Shown piece after piece: positions 37,791 to 47,548 of a stretch of 64,000 nucleotides of DNA. Origin of the DNA: Minisyncoccota bacterium (GTDB taxonomy: Bacteria; Patescibacteriota; Minisyncoccia; Phycocordibacterales; UBA9973). The notes under the pieces were generated by a model. The model was not told the origin of the DNA and searched no databases. It was given only the letters and a program-made list of their open reading frames with translations. Where the stretch lies: contig JBAZXM010000001.1 of NCBI GenBank assembly GCA_041659845.1, positions 124 through 64,123 on the forward strand. The letters are read 5' to 3'. Made by a program: the position numbers and the translations under genes. Each line of letters begins with the position of its first letter. Within the stretch, counting starts at the first letter, position 1.

Positions 37791-37881
37791 TAAAAAGTAG
37801 TTTCTGATTTTAAAAAATACAGTGCTAGGCACTGTATTTTTTTTGTTTTTATAATTCAATAATTTCTGCTACTATGATTGG

Positions 37882-39573
37882 ATGAAAAGATTTTTCTCCA
37901 TTATTCACAAGGAATTTAACGGTATCAATGAAGCGGCATTTTTATTGGCTTTGTTTGCTTTTTTTTCGCAAATCTTGGCTCTGGTGCGCGATAAATCATT
38001 GGCGCATTTCATCGGACCATCCCCAACGCTCGATGTATACTATGCGGCTTTTCGAGTACCCGATTTTATCTATACAGGAATTGTTTCCTTGATCTCAATC
38101 ACCGTACTTATTCCGTTTCTCTTGGAAAAGACAAAAGGAGAAGATGGTAATCATGAAAAGTTGTATCGTTTTCTTAATGAATTTTTGACGGTTTTTTCAG
38201 TTGCGATTATTGTGATTGACTCTGCTGTTTTTTTTGCCATACCGAAACTTTCATCACTCATCGCTCCAGGATTCTCTGGTGCGGAACGTTTGCAACTGAT
38301 TAATGTGAGCCGAATCATGTTGCTATCTCCGATATTGCTCGGTATCTCCAATCTTTTCGGGATTTTGACGCAGATCTTCAGGAAATTTTTCATTTTTGCT
38401 CTTTCTCCTGTCTTTTACAATATCGGTATCATTTTTGGCATCTATGTTCTTTGGCCATCCCTTGGTATTTACGGGCTTGCTTGGGGTGTAGTGATCGGCG
38501 CATTTTTACACATGCTTGTTCAAGTGCCTGTATTGGTTAAAAACCGCTTTACCCCAAGGCTTGTTCGTAAGCTTGATTTTCGATACATTAAGCAGGTCAT
38601 AATATTTTCATTACCGCGAGCGCTTGCTATGGGAGCGAACAGTCTTTCAGTTATAGTCTTAACCGCGCTTGCGACGAATATAGCCGTTGGATCCGTTTCA
38701 ATTTTTAATTTTTCGTTCAGCCTGCAAACTATTCCACTAGGCATTATCGGTATGAGCTATGCAGTCGCGGCGTTTCCGATTCTCACACAGCTACATACTC
38801 TCGGAAACCTTGAAGACTTTAAAATTAAATTCGTCTCTGCCGCGCGACAGATAATTTTTTGGGCGTTCCCGCTGACATTTCTTTTTATTGTTTTGCGTGC
38901 TCATATAGTGCGTGTCATCCTTGGTTCCGGTTCATTTTCATGGTCACATACTCGATTGACTGCCGCAGCCTTTGCTATATTTGCAATCTCCATCATCGCA
39001 CAGTCACTCTTGCTTTTGCTGGCCAGGGGATATTATGCGGCGAAAAATACTTCTCGTCCGCTCGTTGTAAATGTATTCTTCTCGTTCTTGATTATAGTCT
39101 TGGCATATTTCTTCTCGTGGATTTTTGATTCATATGCCGGCGTTCGCTATTTTTTAGAATCACTATTCCGAGTAGATTCGATTGCTGGTACGAAGATTTT
39201 AGCTATTGCTTTTGCATATTCGGTCGGAACGATTTTAAATTGCTTGGCGCTCTGGTATTTATTTGAAAAAGATTTTTTGAAAGGCTACATTGCTCCGTTT
39301 CGAAAGACATTTTTCCAGAGCTTTGTCGCTTCATTTTTCATTGGATTTTTTGCTTATGGAGCACTCAGTTTCTTTGGGAATTTCTTCAGCCTCGATACTT
39401 TCTGGGGGGTATTTTTACAGGCATTTTTTGCAGGTATTTTTGGGATTACTATTGGTGTATGGTTGCTTCATGTAATGAAAAGCGAAGAGCTCTCGCAAGT
39501 CTCTTCAACACTTAAACATAAATTCTGGAAGACCCAAGTCGTAGCTGAACAACAGCAAGAATTGTTAAAATAA
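37882..39573 (+). CDS. murJ: Lipid II flippase MurJ
   Basis: SQIL.LVRD..LA..G, YYAAFRVPD, P..YNIGII, P.GIIG.S...A.FP. Confidence 0.9.
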   Translation: MKRFFSIIHKEFNGINEAAFLLALFAFFSQILALVRDKSLAHFIGPSPTLDVYYAAFRVPDFIYTGIVSLISITVLIPFLLEKTKGEDGNHEKLYRFLNEFLTVFSVAIIVIDSAVFFAIPKLSSLIAPGFSGAERLQLINVSRIMLLSPILLGISNLFGILTQIFRKFFIFALSPVFYNIGIIFGIYVLWPSLGIYGLAWGVVIGAFLHMLVQVPVLVKNRFTPRLVRKLDFRYIKQVIIFSLPRALAMGANSLSVIVLTALATNIAVGSVSIFNFSFSLQTIPLGIIGMSYAVAAFPILTQLHTLGNLEDFKIKFVSAARQIIFWAFPLTFLFIVLRAHIVRVILGSGSFSWSHTRLTAAAFAIFAISIIAQSLLLLLARGYYAAKNTSRPLVVNVFFSFLIIVLAYFFSWIFDSYAGVRYFLESLFRVDSIAGTKILAIAFAYSVGTILNCLALWYLFEKDFLKGYIAPFRKTFFQSFVASFFIGFFAYGALSFFGNFFSLDTFWGVFLQAFFAGIFGITIGVWLLHVMKSEELSQVSSTLKHKFWKTQVVAEQQQELLK

Positions 39574-39599
39574 GCCTTTTCGGCTAATATACACTTTAT

Positions 39600-41402
39600 A
39601 TGGATTTAAAACACATCCGCAATTTTTCGATTATAGCTCATATTGACCACGGGAAGTCCACATTGGCTGACCGTATGCTTGAGATTACTCACACTATTGA
39701 GGCTCGCAAGATGAAGGACCAAGTACTTGATAGTATGGAGCTTGAGCGCGAAAGAGGGATTACAATTAAAATGCAGCCAGTTCGTATGGAATACGCCTAC
39801 GAAGGGCAAAATTACATTTTAAACCTCATTGACACCCCTGGGCATATAGATTTCTCTTATGAAGTTTCGCGAGCTCTAAAGGCCGTAGAAGGCTCTATTT
39901 TGCTTGTTGATTCGACTCAAGGTGTGCAGGCGCAGACTCTCACTACCCTTAATATGGCACGTGAATCAGGGCTAAAGATTATTCCAGTGCTTTCAAAAAT
40001 AGATTCGCCTTTGGCGAGAGTATCTGAAGTGAAAGAAGAATTGGCAATTTTACTCGGTTGCGAGCTTGGTGAGATTTTAGAAGTTTCAGGTAGGACGGGA
40101 GAGGGTGTGGAAGAGCTCTTGCAAACAGTTATTAAACGCATACCGCCACCCGAAGAGGAGTATCACGGGCCGAATGATTTGCGCGCACTCGTTTTTGATT
40201 TTAAATATTCTAATCACAAAGGTGTGATTGTTTTCGTGCGATTACTGGATGGAAAAGTCTCGCGCAACGACAATCTTCTTTTTGGAGTTTCAAAAGAAAA
40301 ATTTATTGCGCTTGAAGTCGGTTTTTTCTCTCCCGAAGAAAGAGCTGTTGATACTCTGGTAGCGGGTGAGATTGGATATATTGTCACAGGGATTAAAAAG
40401 CCCGGTATAGCATCCGTGGGTGACACGATTACATTTCTGAAATATCCTTTACCCCCACTTCCGGGTTATATGAAGCCTCGCCCTGTTGTATGGGCATCAA
40501 TCTATCCCGAAGGGCAAGACGATTTCAACGAACTCAAAGCTTCACTTGGAAAATTGCGTTTGTCAGATTCTTCTTTTACTTATGAAGAAGAAACTTCTGG
40601 ATCTTTAGGGCGCGGATTCCGTTGCGGATTTCTGGGTATGCTTCACTTGGAAATTATATCCGAGCGATTGCGCAGGGAATTCAATCTCGAGCTTGTGGTG
40701 ACAATGCCATCTATTACTTACAAAGTCCTTCTAAGAAACGGTAAGGAAGAGATTATTTATTCCCCACATCTTTTTCCTGATGACGGCTCTATAATTAAAG
40801 TTTTTGAGCCGATGGTTTCTGTTAAAATTATCACCCCAATGGAATATCTCAGTCCTCTCATGCAGCTGCTCTATGAACATGAGGGTGAAGTAGGGAATAT
40901 TGAGAATTTCGGTGATAATCGCCAAGCAGTGAATGTACTGATGCCACTTCGTGAATTAATGCGGAACTTTTTTGATGATCTGAAAAGCGCATCATCCGGC
41001 TTTGCTTCGATTTCATATGAGATTGGCGAATTCCGAGAAGCGGATGTAGTGCGATTGGATATTCTGATTGCCGATGAGGTTGTTCCGGCTTTTACCCGTG
41101 TGGTCTCTCGCCGGCGAGCAGAGGAAGAGGCTGAAAATGCAGTTGAAAAATTGCACACCATTTTACCTCGGCAGATGTTTGAAATGAAAATTCAAGGCCG
41201 AGCGCTCGGAAGAATTATATCTTCGGCTACCATTAAAGCTTTTCGCAAAGATGTTACCCAGCACATGTACGGTGGAGATATTACTCGAAAAATGAAGCTT
41301 CGCGAGAAGCAGAAAAAAGGCAAGAAGAAAATGGCTGACCGCGGGAAAGTAAACATTCCGCATGATGTTTTCCTAAAAATGATGCGGAGCGAAAATAAGT
41401 AA
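39600..41402 (+). CDS. lepA: Translation factor LepA/EF-4
   Basis: IRNFSIIAHIDHGKSTLADR, GFRCGFLGMLH, YGGDITRK.KL. Confidence 0.98.
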   Translation: MDLKHIRNFSIIAHIDHGKSTLADRMLEITHTIEARKMKDQVLDSMELERERGITIKMQPVRMEYAYEGQNYILNLIDTPGHIDFSYEVSRALKAVEGSILLVDSTQGVQAQTLTTLNMARESGLKIIPVLSKIDSPLARVSEVKEELAILLGCELGEILEVSGRTGEGVEELLQTVIKRIPPPEEEYHGPNDLRALVFDFKYSNHKGVIVFVRLLDGKVSRNDNLLFGVSKEKFIALEVGFFSPEERAVDTLVAGEIGYIVTGIKKPGIASVGDTITFLKYPLPPLPGYMKPRPVVWASIYPEGQDDFNELKASLGKLRLSDSSFTYEEETSGSLGRGFRCGFLGMLHLEIISERLRREFNLELVVTMPSITYKVLLRNGKEEIIYSPHLFPDDGSIIKVFEPMVSVKIITPMEYLSPLMQLLYEHEGEVGNIENFGDNRQAVNVLMPLRELMRNFFDDLKSASSGFASISYEIGEFREADVVRLDILIADEVVPAFTRVVSRRRAEEEAENAVEKLHTILPRQMFEMKIQGRALGRIISSATIKAFRKDVTQHMYGGDITRKMKLREKQKKGKKKMADRGKVNIPHDVFLKMMRSENK

Positions 41403-41513
41403 TTATCCTAAAAGAGATGGGATGTAAAGCAATATCATGCTTACAATCACGAGTACGCAGACCACTGTCCAGATAGTTTGTACTTTCTTTTTATTTTTTG
41501 GGTGTAATAACAT
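41403..41513 (-). CDS. 36-aa single-pass membrane microprotein (below ORF-track cutoff)
   Basis: Translates to MLLHPKNKKKVQTIWTVVCVLVIVSMILLYIPSLLG; a -10-like box lies just upstream. Confidence 0.7.
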   Translation of the reverse strand: MLLHPKNKKKVQTIWTVVCVLVIVSMILLYIPSLLG

Positions 41514-41570
41514 AAGAGCTATATTACTATACTCTTATCGGAAGCGCAATAATGTGTTATGCTCTCGATA

Positions 41571-41957
41571 ATGCAGAGCGATATACATAAAAAACAAGCG
41601 ATTCGAAGATTTCTTTATTCACCATTAGTGCTAGTTCTTTTTGCTTTCCTCACACTATTCTTTCTTTACGGCATTATCGGCTTAATCGCAAAAAATAATG
41701 ATACGGCAAAAAACAAAAATCTTGCTGTTAAACAACGAGCTGAATTGGAGGCCAAGCAAGTTCTCCTGGAAGCTGAAATTAAAAAACTCTCAAGCAACCA
41801 AGGTATTGAAGCTACAATCCGTGATAAATTCCCGGTTGTCAAAGAAGGCGAGGGGGTTGTAATGATTGTAGATGATGTAAATAACTCAGATGGCACTAAT
41901 ACAGATAGTGAATCAAAAAAATCATTTTGGCAGATAATAAAGGGGTGGTTTAAATAA
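41571..41957 (+). CDS. Septum formation initiator (FtsB/DivIC-like)
   Basis: TM helix, coiled coil, IE..IR.K...VKEGE. Confidence 0.8.
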   Translation: MQSDIHKKQAIRRFLYSPLVLVLFAFLTLFFLYGIIGLIAKNNDTAKNKNLAVKQRAELEAKQVLLEAEIKKLSSNQGIEATIRDKFPVVKEGEGVVMIVDDVNNSDGTNTDSESKKSFWQIIKGWFK

Positions 41958-41972
41958 TTATAATAAAATATT

Positions 41973-42043
41973 GCGGAATTAGTTTAGTGGTAAAATGATT
42001 GCTTCCCAAGCAATAGACAAGAGTTCGATTCTCTTATTCCGCA
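41973..42043 (+). tRNA. tRNA-Gly(CCC)
   Basis: GCGGAAT/ATTCCGC acceptor stem, ATTGC-TTCCCAA-GCAAT anticodon arm, TTCGATT. Confidence 0.93.
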
Positions 42044-42141
42044 CACTTTGCTCCTGTGCATATCTTTCTTGCACATCTACATTAGAGGCGTACACTTATA
42101 TAAATAACTGATTTCTAACATTTCTTTAAAAAACAAAAAAG

Positions 42142-42993
42142 ATGAAAAAGATAGCCGTATGCATAGTGATGGTCGCTATTTGTGTGTTCTCGGAAGTGCA
42201 TTCCGCAAGTGCTCAAGGAGGAGAAAATTCAAATCAAACAGCTTGGACTGACAAGCGAGATTCGATTGTTTATGATTTATTAATACAAACAGATATTTTC
42301 GTGAGTGCAGTACAAGACACTCAAGCCAGATATCTGGTTGAATTTTTATACAATGCCGTAGTGATTAGTCCGAGTGTTGAGTCTGCCATTACACCTCTTC
42401 CATTATTTGACCCGGTACACCCGTCGTATACGATAATTTTTCTTTTACCGAAAGACACGCTTCATGGGAAGGGTAAATAATTGAACGGATATGCGATGGA
42501 TCCTATTTATTTTTATCCGAAAGCCGGAGCGATTGTGATTAAAGCGTATGGAGAAAAAAATAAAATATGGAGATCACTTTTATTTTTACGAGCTGGATAC
42601 AGTGCCTTTGTAAATCGTTACGGATACACTGCATGGACCGATCCTGATACATTTATTCGCCACCAATTGGAGTCGAATATCTTTCAATTTCGTTTGGAAA
42701 GCAAGATGGGCGGCCAGCTATACAGTAATATTGTTTCAAATAGTGTCAGGAGGCTTTTTTCCACCACTTCATTTGAGGGTGATTTTAAAAGTTTCTCATC
42801 TTTGGTAGAGAGTGTGCCGAAAGACTCTCTTGATTATATGTTTGGGGAAATTACTTGCCAATATACTCGTAATCGGATATTGAGTAACATGCACATAAAT
42901 GCAGTATTTTTGTTTTTTGATAACTTTTTTAATAAAGAGGAGGCAAAAAAACAAAAGATTGATTTTCTGATTACCCTTTATTTTAAGGAGTAG
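42142..42993 (+). pseudogene. Secreted protein gene apparently split by one in-frame TAA (42478-42480)
   Basis: ORFs 42142-42480 and 42481-42993 abut in the same frame; the first begins with a signal peptide. Confidence 0.55.
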
Positions 42994-43099
42994 TTTTTAA
43001 TAAATAAAAACCCGTTCTAGTAGCGGGTTTTACTTTGCATTTCCACCGACTATCTTTTTTGTGCTATAATTTCAATATCTTATAAATTATTTTTTTATT

Positions 43100-43333
43100 A
43101 TGAAACAAGTTACAATCTACAGCACCCCGACCTGCCACTTTTGCCACATGGCGAAAGATTTTTTTAAGGAGAATAATATCCAGTATACGGAATATAATGT
43201 CGCATCCGACATGGAGAAGCGTACGGAAATGATAGAGAAAAGCGGTCAAATGGGGGTACCGGTGATCATTATAGACGGCGAGATTACAGTTGGCTTCAAC
43301 GAAGGTCAAATTCGCCAAACGCTTGGCATATAG
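43100..43333 (+). CDS. Glutaredoxin/NrdH-like redoxin
   Basis: YSTPTCHFC, SGQMGVPVI. Confidence 0.92.
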   Translation: MKQVTIYSTPTCHFCHMAKDFFKENNIQYTEYNVASDMEKRTEMIEKSGQMGVPVIIIDGEITVGFNEGQIRQTLGI

Positions 43334-43381
43334 CTTCTAAGTGATATGATAACAAAAGCGCCATTAACGGCGCTTTTGTTT

Positions 43382-43453
43382 GCCCTCATAGTTCAATGGA
43401 TAGAACAGTTCCGTCCTAAGGAATAGATGTAGGTCCGATTCCTGCTGAGGGCA
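43382..43453 (+). tRNA. tRNA-Arg(CCT)
   Basis: GCCCTCA/TGAGGGC acceptor stem, GTTCC-GTCCTAA-GGAAT anticodon arm; T-loop TCCGATT. Confidence 0.9.
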
Positions 43454-43493
43454 CTCTTTTGTTTCTGTGTTTTTTATGCTAGATTATTGATGT

Positions 43494-43742
43494 ATGGATC
43501 CTGAATTAAAATCAATGATTAAAGAGAATCTTGAGCTTACTCAAGAGAATAATAAAATTCTCAAAAAGGTGCGTAAAGCTCAAGTTTGGGCTCAAATTTC
43601 CCGCGTGCTTTATTGGCTCGTGATTATAGGTGCCAGTGTGGGTGCGTATTATTATATTCAGCCATATCTTTCAAAATTGATAGGGATTTATACAAATGGA
43701 GCTGATAGCTTCGACAGTCTTTTTCTTCAACTAAAAAAATAA
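43494..43742 (+). CDS. Small hypothetical membrane protein
   Basis: L...ENNKIL.K.R coiled segment followed by a TM helix ending YYYIQPY. Confidence 0.8.
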   Translation: MDPELKSMIKENLELTQENNKILKKVRKAQVWAQISRVLYWLVIIGASVGAYYYIQPYLSKLIGIYTNGADSFDSLFLQLKK

Positions 43743-43751
43743 AAGATTTTT

Positions 43752-43824
43752 GCTTGGGTAGCTCAGTTGGTAGAGCGCTCCCCTGAAGAGGGAGATGTCA
43801 CCAGTTCAAATCTGGTCCCAAGCA
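43752..43824 (+). tRNA. tRNA-Phe(GAA)
   Basis: GCTTGGG/CCCAAGC acceptor stem, CTCCC-CTGAAGA-GGGAG anticodon arm. Confidence 0.95.
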
Positions 43825-44021
43825 CAAAAGAAAAATCCCCGTTTGGGGATTTTTCTTTTGTGCTTGGGAAGCATGCCATCAATATGGCTTGCGTCCAGAT
43901 TTGAACGCCGGAGCGTTATTTGCTTAGAAGAGCAAATCGCGAGGCGTGATTGAGTACAATCACCTACTGGGGTGCCCAGACAAACTTTTTTGACGAAAAA
44001 AGTTTAGTCGCGGGCAAATCT
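43804..44021. repeat. Multi-hairpin element antisense to the tRNA-Phe 3' end
   Basis: 25-bp perfect inverted repeat 43816-43840/43845-43869, a 12-nt antisense T-arm match at 43895-43906, and four further hairpins. Confidence 0.8.
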
Positions 44022-44029
44022 GCTTTTAC

Positions 44030-44539
44030 TTATATCGACTTCACTTTCAAATTTGATTGTCTGCTCTTATCAATCTTTGGGATTCTAATAATTAGTAAAC
44101 CATGTTTTTCTACAGCCTCAGCCTGATCAGGCTCAACTTCCTGTGGAAGCATGATAGTTCGAGAAAATGCACCCCAATAGAGTTCCTTGCTGAAATAATT
44201 CTCATCGGTAATAGTACGGTTTGCCTCGCGCTTTCCACGGATGGTCACTATGTCACGCGTAATTTGTATTTGAATATCTTCCGGGCGGACACCGGCGACC
44301 ATGGACTGAACAACTATCTCCGTTGGCGTCTGGTATATATCAACTGTAAGCTGGGCTTCTTCCGGTTCTTCTATCCATGTATTCTGCGCGTTTATGCTTC
44401 TTGCCTGAGGATTTTGTGAAGGAACAGTTGCTCCATTTATAGACGATTTTTGAGATGTATTGATTTCAATACTATCTTCATCATCCATACTCATACTGCC
44501 GGTTAACCGTTCGAAAAAAGATCTTTTATTATTACTCAT
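44030..44539 (-). CDS. Hsp20/alpha-crystallin small heat shock protein
   Basis: VDIY.T..EIVV...AGV..EDI.I, E.YWG.FSR.I.LP, GLL.I.IPK. Confidence 0.92.
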   Translation of the reverse strand: MSNNKRSFFERLTGSMSMDDEDSIEINTSQKSSINGATVPSQNPQARSINAQNTWIEEPEEAQLTVDIYQTPTEIVVQSMVAGVRPEDIQIQITRDIVTIRGKREANRTITDENYFSKELYWGAFSRTIMLPQEVEPDQAEAVEKHGLLIIRIPKIDKSRQSNLKVKSI

Positions 44540-44578
44540 ATATTTATTCTAGATTAAAATTTTTAATAAAAAACATTA

Positions 44579-45295
44579 TTATTGTCGACTCATTCGTTTT
44601 AGTTTTTCAAACAAGAGCATAATCATAATTGTTACCACCCATAGGAATCCAAAGACGTTCAGGAAATTTTCTCCATTATCTTTCATTATAAAAAAGTTAA
44701 ATACACTATGCAAGGTGATTGCTGCCGCAAGTCCGAAGACAAGATGGATTTTCTTGGAAAACCAACCGTTAAAGTAAGAAAGCCCTAGGGAAATACCGAC
44801 CAATGCGCTCGATGTGGCATGCAGGAGTGTTGCGCCCAGAAAGCGCAAATTACCCGTAATCAAACTCGTAGTGGTATCTGCGGCGGCTAGTGGATGCATC
44901 AGGAATAGAGTATTCTCCAGAGCGGCAAAACCAAGCGCAGTTGCGATAAAGTAGATAGGGTAGTCGATAGGCTCATTGAGTTCTTTACTGCGCAATGCGA
45001 TCAGGCCAACAGCTAGATATTTTGCCACTTCTTCAATGGATGCCCAGATTACAATTAGCATATTTTTGTCGTCGAGCAAACTATTCGCAAATTTTTCAAG
45101 TGGGAGGACGAGCATCACTGAAAGCGCTCCTAATATAAAGGTGATTACGATAAGCCCGAGAGGCTCCGGATGTTCACGATCTTCTCGCAGCCAAAACCAT
45201 AACCAGAGCAGCGCCGGAACGAGGCCAAGTAAAAAAGCAGTAGCGAGGTTTTTCAAAAAAACAGGATCCGAAAATTGGTTTATTGCGTCGGCCAT
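44579..45295 (-). CDS. prsW: PrsW family intramembrane metalloprotease
   Basis: D...PEP, EEVAK, GFAALEN, HA..S, H..FN. Confidence 0.9.
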   Translation of the reverse strand: MADAINQFSDPVFLKNLATAFLLGLVPALLWLWFWLREDREHPEPLGLIVITFILGALSVMLVLPLEKFANSLLDDKNMLIVIWASIEEVAKYLAVGLIALRSKELNEPIDYPIYFIATALGFAALENTLFLMHPLAAADTTTSLITGNLRFLGATLLHATSSALVGISLGLSYFNGWFSKKIHLVFGLAAAITLHSVFNFFIMKDNGENFLNVFGFLWVVTIMIMLLFEKLKRMSRQ

Positions 45296-47517
45296 TTGGT
45301 TGCGATCAATAGGTTATCATTTTCATTTTTAATCATCGACCATATTTCTTCGGTAACGAATGGCATAAAAGGGTGGAGCATGATGATATTCGTTTTTAAA
45401 ATTTTTTTAAGCGTCCATGCTCGGGAAGTTTTTTCTTCTTCGGTGCCTGTTTTGAAAACTTCTTTGCTTTCCTCTAAAATAATATCGGCGAATTCACTCC
45501 AGCTATAATGATAGAGTTTTTCTCCTGCGAGATGGAATCGGAATTCTTCTATGTCTCCCGTAATTTCTTTGGTGAGCTCTTCTAATCTGTCTATAAGTTT
45601 TTGATCTTTATCGGTGATTTTTGGTTTTTGTGACCCGTCTGCGCTGGCAGGAATTTCAATTCCATCAATACTTGAAAGTACGAAGCGCGTGATATTCCAA
45701 AGTTTGTTTGCAAAATGTTTGTAGCCTTTGATTTTATCTTCCGAAATTCGCATATCAGTGCCTGGAGTATTTCCGATAATCAACGCAATACGACCGGCAT
45801 CTGCACCGTATTTTTGCGCTATTTCTACAGGGTCAAGAGCATTACCGAGAGACTTTGACATTTTTTGTCCCTTCGCATCTCGGACAAGTCCACTTAAATA
45901 AACAGTATGAAATGGAACAGTCCCAAGTGCGTAGCCAGTCATGAGTACCATGCGCGCAACCCAAAAGAATAAAATATCGTAGCCGGTTTGGAGTACGTTT
46001 GTCGGGTGATAGATTTCCAAATCCTTAGTCTTTTCGGGCCAGCCGAGGGTTGAGAAAGTCCAAAGCCCAGAGGAAAACCAAGTATCAAGAGTATCTTCAT
46101 CTTGGATCCAACCTTCACCTTCCGGTGTCTCAACTCCGACATGAATTTCCTTATCTTTATACCAAACGGGAATACGATGGCCATACCAAATCTGGCGCGA
46201 AATGCACCAATCTCGCAGATTTTCAATCCAGTGAAAATATGTTTTATTGAAATGCTCTGGGATAATTGCTGTCTGTCCATTCTCTACAACTTTTTTCATA
46301 ATCTCTTTGAGAGTCGTCTGTGATCCGCTTTCAATACCTTTGATTTCAGAATGTGGAAGTGTGAAAGATTTATTCACATCGATGAACCACTGCAGTTTAG
46401 GCAAAGGTTCGATAATTCCGCCAGTGCGCTCGGCAGTAGAAATATTTTGATTAGCTTCTTCCTCTTTTTCAAGCAAACCTTCGCTACGGAGCCATTCAAC
46501 GATTATTTCTCGAGCATCAGTTGTTTTTTTACCCAAGATTCGTTCATCACCAATCATCATTTTTGCGTATTCATTTATGACTTGCGGGCGAGGCAGATCA
46601 TGACGGTCGGCAATTTCCCAGTCGATCATTGAGTGTGAGGGTGTGACACCGAGTGCTCCAGTGCCGAAATCTTTTTCCACAGATTCATCGGCAATAATCT
46701 TAATTTCAAGCGGAACTCCACAGAAATCCCTTACCCCATAGGTCTTGCCTATGTATTCTTTATAGCGCGGATCATCAGGATGCACTGCCACAGCCGTATC
46801 GCCGATTTTAGTTTCGGGGCGAGTGGTGGAAATAGAGATAGGGAAGTCGTGTGAATATTTGAAAGTATAAAGTTTCGATTTGCGTTCCTCATAGACAATT
46901 TCATCATCAGCGATTGTCGTTTGACCTTTCGGGTCCCAATTTACAATGCGATGCCCGCGGTAGATAAGCCCATCTTCGTGCATTTTTTTAAACATCGTAT
47001 ATACGGCTTTTGTGCGAGTTTCGTCAAGTGTGAATGCTTCTCGAGACCAGTCACAAGAAGAGCCTATGGCGCGAACCTGCGACGTGATGGTGTCGTGCGA
47101 TTCTTGGGCAAATTCTCTAACTCTTCTGAGTAATTCTTCACGGCCTAGATCATGACGTGATTTTCCTTCTTTCTTTTGAATTTCTTTTTCAACTTTCGAC
47201 TGCGTAGCGATTGCCGCATGGTCGGTTCCAGGGATCCAAAGTGTGCGGTCGCCCTTCATGCGGTGGTAGCGGATCATAATGTCCTCAAGTGTGAGCATGA
47301 GAGCGTGCCCCATATGAAGAACTCCTGTGACATTAGGTGGAGGCATGATTATCGTGAAAGGCTTTGCATCCTCTTTCGTCACGCCCTTTTCAATACATAT
47401 ATCAGGATTGAAAAATCCAATTTCCTCCCATATCGCATAAATTCGCCCTTCCGTTTCGGCGGGATTGTAGGGTTTCAATAATCTTTCATCAATTTGGGGA
47501 AATTCCTTCTCATTCAT
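45280..47517 (-). CDS. valS: Valyl-tRNA synthetase (lacks C-terminal coiled coil)
   Basis: PPPNVTG.LHMGH, DWCISRQIWYGH, DTWFSS, KMSKS. Confidence 0.97.
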   Translation of the reverse strand: MNEKEFPQIDERLLKPYNPAETEGRIYAIWEEIGFFNPDICIEKGVTKEDAKPFTIIMPPPNVTGVLHMGHALMLTLEDIMIRYHRMKGDRTLWIPGTDHAAIATQSKVEKEIQKKEGKSRHDLGREELLRRVREFAQESHDTITSQVRAIGSSCDWSREAFTLDETRTKAVYTMFKKMHEDGLIYRGHRIVNWDPKGQTTIADDEIVYEERKSKLYTFKYSHDFPISISTTRPETKIGDTAVAVHPDDPRYKEYIGKTYGVRDFCGVPLEIKIIADESVEKDFGTGALGVTPSHSMIDWEIADRHDLPRPQVINEYAKMMIGDERILGKKTTDAREIIVEWLRSEGLLEKEEEANQNISTAERTGGIIEPLPKLQWFIDVNKSFTLPHSEIKGIESGSQTTLKEIMKKVVENGQTAIIPEHFNKTYFHWIENLRDWCISRQIWYGHRIPVWYKDKEIHVGVETPEGEGWIQDEDTLDTWFSSGLWTFSTLGWPEKTKDLEIYHPTNVLQTGYDILFFWVARMVLMTGYALGTVPFHTVYLSGLVRDAKGQKMSKSLGNALDPVEIAQKYGADAGRIALIIGNTPGTDMRISEDKIKGYKHFANKLWNITRFVLSSIDGIEIPASADGSQKPKITDKDQKLIDRLEELTKEITGDIEEFRFHLAGEKLYHYSWSEFADIILEESKEVFKTGTEEEKTSRAWTLKKILKTNIIMLHPFMPFVTEEIWSMIKNENDNLLIATKWPTQ

Positions 47518-47548
47518 GCTTTAAAATATAGCATTATTTCAAAGCTTT

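Noticed and set aside
42478-42480. Stop-codon reassignment (code 25 or TAA read-through)
   Set aside because: TGA, TAA and TAG all end conserved genes normally in this window, so a single nonsense change is simpler.
45634-45651. Possible decayed palindromic insert in valS (PASADG); similar case in ychF (PLSGG, ~28378)
   Set aside because: Too short and too mismatched to distinguish from chance without alignments.
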